Assembly: GCF_009914755.1 (NCBI RefSeq)
Contig: NC_060930.1
Strand: one strand, 5' to 3'
DNA: 64,000 nt
DNA from: the human T2T-CHM13v2.0 reference genome, Homo sapiens
A program made the position numbers and the translations under genes. The notes beneath the pieces were generated by a model that did not search any database, was not told where the DNA came from, and was given only the letters and a program-made list of their open reading frames with translations. Positions 53,912 to 64,000 of this stretch are shown here, piece after piece (position 1 is the stretch's first letter; each line of letters starts with the position of its first letter).

Positions 53912-54404
53912 CTGTGTTGAAACAGAGAATATAAACTTTCACTCCCAATCTAGAATATAATTCAGTATGATGTTTCAAGAAGAATGGGTCATTTTATACA
54001 TTTAAAGCTACTTAACTGCATTTAAACATAAAAGTCCAAGTATACTGTAGAGAACATAAAAGTCACGCTAAAAATTCCTTATATATGGAAGTTAACAAAA
54101 TTTACTTGTCCAAGTAACAAAATTTCAGAAACACCGAATATTTGTTTGCCAATTTCTTATTTAATTTTTTTTTTTAGTTAGAATAAGCAAAGAGGGGAAA
54201 AAAAGAACAGTAATATTTCAAATGATAGGCAAAGCAAAGACACCTTTCTAAAATTTGGCTAATTTAGTTATTAAAATTCCTTAGTTACTGCAGTTTAAAA
54301 ATAATCCTTGAGAATACACAGTAACACAGGTGTTAGGAACTGAATTTTGTTTCCCCAAAATTCATATGCTGAAGCCCTAAGAAAGTAGATTTTAAATGTT
54401 CTCA

Positions 54405-54406
<2 letters not shown>

Positions 54407-54434
<28 letters not shown>
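54407..54434. repeat. (AC)n microsatellite within an L1M 3' fragment
   Basis: Read directly from the sequence. Confidence 0.95.
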
Positions 54435-54437
<3 letters not shown>

Positions 54438-55268
54438 CATGCAATAAAAATAAAGAGGTAATTGATTTAGTTTGATTTAGCTATTCTAGTGTCTACATAC
54501 ATCAAAACATCAGTCTCTACTCATGAATAGATAAAATTTTTGTTAATTAAAATAGTTTACCAGGGCACCTCCGCCCCCAAAACAACCAGTGCAAAAAGGC
54601 TGTGCTTATTTATATAATCTCATTTTTTATCCTGTTGACTCAAATAAAGCCTCCACTTACAGGTTCAATACATTTCAAACATACCTACTCTTTTGATTTT
54701 AGCTCTTTAATGTTTAACAACAGCAAAAATCCCTGGAAGAATCTGCATAATAAGCTATTAACAATTTATAGTAAAATAATTTATAATATCACTCTTTTCG
54801 ATGTCATTCTTTTCAAAAAGAGGCGACACTTTTTGTAGAGGAAACTTCTTTGGGAGAACTACCACCAAAAATTTGACTTTATTTACCCCCTTAAAAAATA
54901 CACAGAAATGTGGAGAAAGTGCAAAAGTTTGTATATTTACTAAGCTACCTCTTTTGTAGATCTGCCATGAGATCAAAGTTTCTTTTTTAAAACTCATTTA
55001 TTTACATCCCATTCTGTTGGCTACCAACAGCCATATCTACAACAAGCATTTATCACATAACTGCAGGTAGATCAGCAGAGAAGCCAAATAATACGTACTG
55101 CTGCCATTCTCTGCTACCCAAAATCACAACAAAATTCGAAACATCAAAGTAACAGGAAAACATGATTACATTTATTTGTATGTTGTATGTCCTAGGATAT
55201 ATCAACTATATGGAGCATAAAGTTTGAAGAAAATATACTTTTATAGACAGAATGAAAAAAATAATTAC

Positions 55269-55361
55269 CTCTTCCTCAAGTCGGCCATCACGCAAGGTAG
55301 GTGGTATCCCTGGGTGCCTGGCTATCAACAATTCCATCAAGTTATGGGTAGCATGAAGTCT
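55269..55361 (-). CDS. SHPRH: SHPRH exon 16 (93 nt): RLHATHNLMELLIARHPGIPPTLRDGRLEEE
   Basis: tgtttgtag acceptor, GAG|gtaatt donor, 31 codons. Confidence 0.96.
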
Positions 55362-56253
55362 CTACAAACATATCAAAGGCAGTAATTATGACAGTCAATG
55401 CAGAAGACTCTGAAGAGAACCTAATATTAATATGGCACACAGAACACTAACACCACATTAAGATCATATCACCAAATACTTTTCCTATAAAAAAATCTGA
55501 GTACTACTACTTTGTTTTCTTTACTCAAGGGCAGGGTGTTAAGGTCTAGGACCTGCCTTTTGTAACCCTTATCCATGCAGAATATCAGATTTATATTTAA
55601 TTTTTCCTCTCCCTCCACTTTTCCATATGTTCCTCTAAATATCCACTCTGGTACTTGTGAACATGTTAGTCAGTCCCAAGGTCAATATTGTGAATGGTAA
55701 TGACATCTTACCTGGGACTCAAACCTAAACTTGCCAAAATTAATAAACCCATTTCTACTTCTTATTTAGCTAGAGAGCCTTGTCTATATGAGTCAATGAC
55801 AGATCCAAGAAGGGAAAGAGAAATAAGTGTTATAATTAAAATATCCAAATCTCCCTAAAGACCTCTAAAAATTATCATTAGATAGATTTTATTGCTTAGT
55901 TCCTTTTCTTTTTAATGAAAACCATGTGAATAAATATGTTGATATTCATATGTCAAAGTGATAAAACTGACCTACTCTTGGAAGTACAAGTACTTTGAGC
56001 TATTTTTAACTGTAGCTTATATAGACTTACCTTGTCAGGCTTGTGCCCAAAACTTCCCTGAATGGAATAGTAGTGATTCTCAAATGTTAGTGTACATACA
56101 AATCATCTAAAATGCTTATTGAGAAGACTGAATCCCAAGTTTCACCCAGTGATTATGACTGTTTGTTACCATTTATCCTCTTAAACATTCAGAAAAATTA
56201 TTTTGTTAAAAAAACAAACAGAATACCTATGAAACTGTTTAGTCTTTACTTAC

Positions 56254-56342
56254 TTGAAGTGAATCAGTTTTGAGTTTTCCTTTGTGTTCCTCCGAGGAGC
56301 GCAACACTTCTCTGTACAATTCTGCTGCCAAGGCATACTCAC
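56254..56342 (-). CDS. SHPRH: SHPRH exon 15 (89 nt): (G)EYALAAELYREVLRSSEEHKGKLKTDSLQ
   Basis: ttctttag acceptor, CAA|gtaagt donor, open frame, phase 1 to 0. Confidence 0.96.
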
Positions 56343-57007
56343 CTAAAGAATTAAAATGTATTTAAAGCATACGAGAGTCACATATTTAGTTCCCAATGTC
56401 ATCTAGTTGTCCATTATTTAAGAATACTGTAAAAATAAAATGTAATGATTATAACTTTTTTTAAGTAAAGAAATTTGACTTGGTATTAATATGATTGCCC
56501 AAGTTTTAAAAAAGGCTGAGTACAGTTCCTTTTTTAATTCCATGGAATATAATGTTCTTATATTACATTTATAATATTTTAAAATTATACTGAAATATGT
56601 TTATAATCAAACGTTTGTAATGTTTTGAGATTATGCTATTGGATAAACTTTTAATTTAGACAAAAAAATTTCCTCTTGCTGAAGTTAAAAGGTGGCAATC
56701 AGTAGTCATTATGATGTTTGAAATTAAGGATAAACTTAAGGTAATTATAGATTATTTATTAAAAAAAAAATTTAAGACACTCCAACCAACCCACACATAG
56801 CGATCAGAAAAATATAGTATTCTTGGTAGCTATTATTGTTCTTGGTATTAGGCCAAATAATTTGCAATTAAAAACTTCATGTCAGAAACTCAGGGATCTC
56901 CCTCTTCTTCTGGTCACACAAATCATGGTCTGAGATGTATGCTGTTTTCTACTGTTCATAATCAGCACCTCATTCAAATAAAGCAATTCAAAAAGTATCG
57001 ATTAAAG

Positions 57008-57310
57008 CACAGTCTGGCAAAGTATGGCCCATGGGTCATTTCTACCCTCTGCCTATCTGTTGGGCACATCAGCTTAGAATGAATTTTACATTCTTAAATA
57101 GTTGAAAAAAATTCAAAAAAAATATTTCGTGACATGTGAAAATTAAATTTCAGGGTCCATAGTTTTATTAGAACCTAGCTCTGCTCATTTGTTTTTATAC
57201 TGCCTGTGGCTGCTGTTGTACTACAACAGCCAAGCTGATAGTTGCGCAGAGATCTTATGGCTTGCAATGCCTATGTATTATCTGCTTCTTTACACAGAAA
57301 GTTTGATGAT
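57008..57310. mobile_element. MER58B-like DNA transposon
   Basis: ggcaaagtatggcccatggg...aatatttcgtgacatgtgaaaatt...gcctgtggctgctgttgtactacaacagc. Confidence 0.75.
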
Positions 57311-58294
57311 ATCTCAATAAAGTAAGAGATGAACATTTTTAATGGCTTGAATAATAGAATCTATCTTAACTGCTGCTTGTAAAATTCAAGACAGGTAAAT
57401 TATAAATACTATTAAAGTAAAAACCTAACACTGGCAAAACCATGCAATCCATACCAAAAAAAGGTACAAGATGTTCTAGCTTTTATTTGCTGAGAAAGTT
57501 TTTTTCCTAAGTATCACACATACTTTCTTTTAAAAAAAAACTTCAAGCTGGTTTTATGAATATCATGTAATTAGGACCATGTTCATAGTTACAATGAGAT
57601 ATATATATATATGCAAACCTTTGTAAATTTTGAAGTTGGTTCTGTTTTTAGCTCATATATAAGTTTACATACATATCTTGATTTTGGTAAAATATACATA
57701 AAATTTACCATCTCAGCCCTTTTTAAGTGTGTAGTTCAGTGGCATTATGTATATTCAGTGTTGTGCAAAACACCTAATTTAAAATAAATTTTGCAACAAT
57801 AGCTCTTATACCATTGCTTTATATCTAGTTCTATTAGTTAGCTAATACAAAGCTTTCTAAAACACACATTATCAAAGAACTGTAGTCAGCCAATTTCTAT
57901 TCCCTTTAAATAAGGGAGAAGATTATTTTCACAATAATAAAGTTACTTTATAACGTAGGCATTAACATTCAATTATCTTCACAGTGAGTTCTCTTTTTTT
58001 AGTTAAGAGTCTTGATTAAAGCTTTTCAAAGGACATTATGAATTCTATCAGTATTTATACTACCATTTGTAGAGAATAATTCAATTAACAATTTTCTCTT
58101 CATAATTACCATACCTTTTAAAGAAGGTATAGTGATTAAACTATAATGTAAAGCAGCTGAATTTTATCTATTCGTTATAATACCTGGTTTTGCATGTTTA
58201 TTTTTAAAAAGACATGCTTTCTGAGGAAGATTAAAAAAAAACCCATATTCAATGTTATAAAGGTTTAAGTCAAATTTGGAAATACCCATTCTCA

Positions 58295-58311
58295 GCCACT
58301 TGATGGCGCTA
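58295..58311 (+). promoter_or_regulatory. Candidate CTCF site gccacttgatggcgcta
   Basis: One mismatch from CCACTAGATGGCGC. Motif only. Confidence 0.35.
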
Positions 58312-60052
58312 ACATTTCTAAGAAAACTGGTGGATTTGATATTGTCAAGCTAATTTTCTCCGAAAATCATCTGCAGAAAACACAATGTTCAAAATTGGAA
58401 TAATAAAATGTGTTTAATACCAGTCAAGGAGAATCTCAGAATATGTATTAATGTATCATACGTATTTATTTACATATAATATAAGCAAATCTTTTTAGAG
58501 TTTGAAATTAATTTTAGATTTCTTTTAAAAGTCAGACCTTCACTGTCTGATCTTCACATTAGAAGAATCTAATTTATGTAAGTTATATATGTAATGTTAC
58601 TTTAAAAAATGAATATTGTTTAACACATTACTATGAAGTTAATAAAAACTAAAAGCAGCAAATCTATTACAATTAAGTTGAAAATTACAATTCAGAAGGA
58701 ACATATCCTCTATTAATGGACTTTCTGGTGGCGGATTTCTCTTAATAATCAACAATACACTGCTAGCTAAATTGAGGACTTTCTAGGGAATGCCCTAGAG
58801 GGAAGATTTGCACACAAAGTTACGTGTACTATATGTGAACAATTTAACACGAATATATAATAATAGGCCCTTTTCTATTAGATATTGATAACAGAATTTA
58901 CATTGTGAGCAGGTTGAAAGTGGTAAGAATCTGAGGTAACCTTCATATTACCATAACCAATAACATCATTCTTCATCTCTGTTTTTATAACGTTTTCAAT
59001 GTGCTTCTACATTTTGTATTAAGAACAATAGTTGAGGTAAGTAAAGCACCTGTAATATTTTATTGACAAAGACACTGAAGTTCGGAAATCTTGAACAATA
59101 TATACCATTTCACAGGGTTCCAACTGCAGCATGTAAGTAGGCCCACCCTATTCAGTTCTTGTCTAGAGCTATTTCTGCTCAGCTTCTGAGAATCCTTATA
59201 ACTCTACCCAAGTATCTAGCACAATAAGAGACACTTTCCATTTCTGGTTCTATTATGCTAAAGAGCTAACAACTACAGACGGGCTACTCAAAGAGGCTTA
59301 ATGTAAGAAGATTTATATTCTACAAAAAGCACACATTTCTTTGGGCAACTGATTTCTTTGTACTTCATTTGCTCTTTTTTTTTAAATTTCTTAAGGTAGC
59401 AGCTGAAGTCTCCGATATGAAACTTTTTTCTTTTCTAGTACATGTTTAATGCTATGAATTTCTTTTTAATAACTGATTTGCTGCATCCCACAAATTTTGA
59501 TATTTCATTTTTATTCACTTCAAAGTATCTCCTACTTTCCCTTTTATTTTTTAACCCAAAGGTTTAGAAGTGTGTTATTTAATTCACAGCATTTGCGGAC
59601 TTTCCAGTTTTCCTTCTGTTATTGGTATCTACCACTGTGGGCATAGAACACACTCTGTAAGCATGAATCCTTTGAAATTTACTGCCTTGTTTTACAGCCC
59701 AGAATATGCCCTATCTTCATATACATTTAATGTGTACTTGAAAACAATGTATATTCCTCTTTGGTTGGGTAGTCAATAAACACTGATTAGGTCAACTGGT
59801 TGACAGCGGTGTTTGAACTATGTATGCCCTCACTTATTTTTTACTTATTCTATACATAACTGAGAGAGGGATGTAGAAATCTCTGACAATAATTACGCAC
59901 TTGTTTATTTCTCGTTATAATTCTATCAGTTTTTAGTATTTATTTTGAAACTCTTGTTTTAGGTACGTTAATATTTAGAATTTTTTTCTCTAGTGATAAA
60001 GTAACACCCTTTATCCTTGGTAATATTCTTTGCTCTGAAATCTACTTTATAA

Positions 60053-60090
60053 GTTCCAGTGGTACAATCAGTTAGCAGGCAGTATTAATA
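60053..60090 (+). pseudogene. tRNA-Ile(UAU) 5'-half retrocopy (tailless), degenerate
   Basis: gttccagtggtacaatcagttagcaggcagtattaata matches recalled GCTCCAGTGGCGCAATCGGTTAGCGCGCGGTACTTATA at 29/38, with 5 of 9 differences being CpG transitions. Degenerate TSD on both sides. Confidence 0.7.
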
Positions 60091-60399
60091 AGAAATCTGT
60101 TTTACTTGATAGAAATATAGTGGCTTTATCGTTCTTTTGATTAGTGTTAACATATCTTTTTTCATCCTCTTACATTTGCATCTTTAAATATAAAGTAGGT
60201 TTCTTATAGAGAACATATTGATGGTTATTGTTTGTTTTTAATCCAGTCTGACAATCCAGGCCTCTTAATTGGGATATTTAGACCATTTCAGTTTACGTGA
60301 TCACTGATAAGCTTGTTTTTAAATCTACCATCTTGCTGTTTGTTTTCTAATCATCTCATTTGTTTTTTGCACCCTTTTTTCTTTTTTTTGAAGATTTTT

Positions 60400-60700
<301 letters not shown>

Positions 60701-62121
60701 TGATTTTTTATTTTTTCTTTTTATCTATTCTTTTGGATTATTACCTCTAACTCCTTGTTGTATGTTGAAGTGGTGGCTGTAGGGTGCACATTCTTTGCCT
60801 TGTCACACACAGTCTACCTTCATATAATATTATACCTCTTCATATATAGGATAATAATCTTACAATATTATACATCCACGTCTCCCCACACAGACTTTGT
60901 ATCATTGCTTTTACACATTGTACATTTACATGATATAAAACCCACAATATATTTCTTTTTTTTTTTTTTCCTTTGGGGACTCCAATACATTTATATTAGG
61001 CCATGTGAAGTTGTCCACAACCTCACTGAGGCTCTTTTCAAAATTTTCAGTCTTCTTCGTTTTTCATGTTGGAGAGTTTCTATTGCTATTCTATACTTTG
61101 ACTTTATTGATTTTTTTCTTAGGCGGTGTCTAATCTTCTATTTATTAAGTGAATTTTCTATATTAGACATTGAAATTTTGATTTCCAGAAGTTTGATTGC
61201 ATGTTTTCAAGGTTTCTACTTAACATGTTTCATCTTCACTCTTGAATCTATGGAATACAGTTTTAATGTTTCTCATATTTATATGGAAAGGTGTGTCTAT
61301 ATGGTGCTTATTAAAAGTGCCAGTTATATAACTTTGCTTCCAGCCAAGATAGAGTAACAGACAATGGATTTACTCTTCCCTGCAAAAACTACAATAACAG
61401 GCAAAATATACAAAATGACAGTTTGTAAGATATTAGACCTAATGCAAAAAAAGTGATCCGTGAGAGATGGAGAAGCCACTAATACTCTTCCATGTAAATA
61501 TAAGATGCTCTTTCTAACCTGCTTTAATTTTGTGCATAATATATAACACTATAACTTTACACATATACGTTCTGTGTGTGTGTGTGGGAGGGTGTGTGTG
61601 TACTTGTCACCCTCTGTAAGAATTTAAGGTCTGCAAGATCAGAGTTACTTTATTTACCATATCATCGTTACCTAGATCAGATGTGGCACACAAATATTTG
61701 CTGAAAAAATGATCCCACAAACTATTATTTTTAAACCAATGAACAATAATTCCTTTAATGTGTCAAAATTTAACCATTTTTCTATTTCTAATCATTTTGA
61801 CTGTTTACAGTTGTTTACTATTAAACTATTAAAGTCTAAGATTAACAACTTCAAGGGAAATCTGTGTATCCTCATTTCCTTAAAAAAGAACTAAAAATGG
61901 AAATGTTTGGTTAAATCATATGTAAACTTTGAAGGTTTTCAAAACGTTCTATGAAACTGCTCTATATTAAGTTGAACCTATTTAAACTATATTCAGTAGT
62001 GTGTGAGAGTATCTTTTTGGGGGAAAAATCCCCCCCCCAAAAATCAAAATCTATTTTTTCTATAATTAACCTTCCTCAGGAAGTGTTTGAAAGAATCAGA
62101 GATAAAGCAATCACCTTCTAC

Positions 62122-62243
62122 CTTTAATAATATGAATGCCTGCTAAGCCATTGAGAGCACAAACTAGCTGTCGATGTGCTTCTTCACATTCAGTTCCACA
62201 TTTCTTCTGCAAAGATGTCAGCAGCTCTTCCATTGTCATGGTG
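62122..62243 (-). CDS. SHPRH: SHPRH coding exon 14 (122 nt): (S)TMTMEELLTSLQKKCGTECEEAHRQLVCALNGLAGIHIIK(G)
   Basis: ttttag acceptor and AAG|gtagaa donor. Manual translation matches the SHPRH protein as I recall it, and the phase fits the next exon. Confidence 0.95.
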
Positions 62244-63121
62244 CTAAAAGAAAAGGTAGACTGTTCAAAACTAGAAAGAAAATCCCAAGTGTGACTTCAG
62301 TGGGAGTGTTATATCTCACATGATCAAGAGTGTATGAGACTCGCAGTTTTTGTGGTATCTCTAGCATTTTTTTTCGCCTCAATTTTTACCATTATTTTTT
62401 CCCACATAAGTACCTTTATTTGATCACATCCTTCTTTAAGTTTTTCCCATTTCAGTAAAGGGAGAATGAAACTAGAAAAATCTTCCTCAAGTACAAAGTA
62501 CAGCATGACATATTTGAAACATTACAGGTATTAACATGTAAGACTGACTCTGAATCCCAGCACTGCAACTTAATTAGAAAACCTCTTTGAGCCTGAATAT
62601 TTTTTTAATCAGTAAAAAATGAAGATCCTCTAAGGTTAAATGCCATTCCTTCAAAAGGCTGTCTAACCTTAACCATTCATATATAAATTGTTTTCGGACT
62701 CTAACTGTACACAGCAATTTGTTCATATATCTTTTGAAATTTACTATGTTCACTTCATATTTTAGAAATCTATAATTTTCATCATTTCCCTTATTTGTCT
62801 ATAACCTGCTTAAAAGCAAAGACAAAACTGAATCCTCTTTCTATCTCTTATAGCCAAAGGCCAGTTCCTGAGTTGCAGTCTGATTCACAAAAACTTTCTG
62901 GGACAATAGAGTATTATGAACACAAATTTCTTAATGTTCTCAGAATGAATAATCAGAGAGATAGAAAATATTTAACGGTAATCTAACTCCCTGATGTGGG
63001 AACTATGAAATAAAATAAGAGCAAAAGCCTTTCATATCTGGAGTACAGCCAAAACCCTAAATAACAAAATAATTTTAAAAAAAACCTCAACAATAATCCT
63101 AATTTTAAAAGAAGTGTTCAA

Positions 63122-63765
<644 letters not shown>

Positions 63766-64000
63766 ACCATACCCACTGCAAAAGAGAAATGCTTAAAACC
63801 ATGAAAATAATTCTGGTAATTCTCCGTTGCAAATGAGCTTCCATACCAAAGAAAACCCTCTACACCATTAAAGATAACTGACAACTCAGTTACATGTCTC
63901 TGAATGAAACCGTGGGCCTGAAATATTGTCTATTATGATATACCAACTGCAATTAAAAAAAAGTTGATAATAAAACCTTTTTTGGAGTGGCAAGAACTCT

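Noticed and set aside
60755-61357. Longest ORF in the track (200 aa, plus strand)
   Set aside because: Low-complexity F/I/L/Y-rich translation of antisense L1M including a poly-T run; non-ATG start and no domain.

Overview
Primate genomic DNA, consistent with human. The window holds the 3' half of SHPRH (SNF2-type helicase / RING E3 ligase, a Rad5 orthologue) on the minus strand. I traced 17 coding exons by hand, from 62243 down to the stop codon at 15756. All have GT-AG boundaries and one continuous frame through the C3HC4 RING and helicase-C lobe. Exon numbers 14-30 assume the usual 30-exon model. The 3'UTR probably ends near 13870. The rest is intronic or downstream DNA rich in L1, L2, Alu, MIR, LTR and DNA-transposon remnants. 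There is no prokaryotic system or CRISPR array. Main points of interest: (1) exons 26-29 sum to 440 nt and, once back-spliced, give a 146-aa ORF with overlapping stop/start (UGAUG), which is the published circ-SHPRH / SHPRH-146aa; (2) the sequence also predicts a complementary NMD-escaping linear skip product, a 119-aa sister circle and stop-less circles; (3) exon 15 begins with GTGAGT, so the exon 14-15 junction rebuilds a consensus 5' splice site; (4) a chain of plus-strand exon-like segments ends inside the SHPRH 3'UTR; (5) a tRNA-Ile(UAU) 5'-half retrocopy with a degenerate target-site duplication; (6) candidate poison exons and CTCF motifs. Repeat subfamily calls and boundaries are by eye and approximate.
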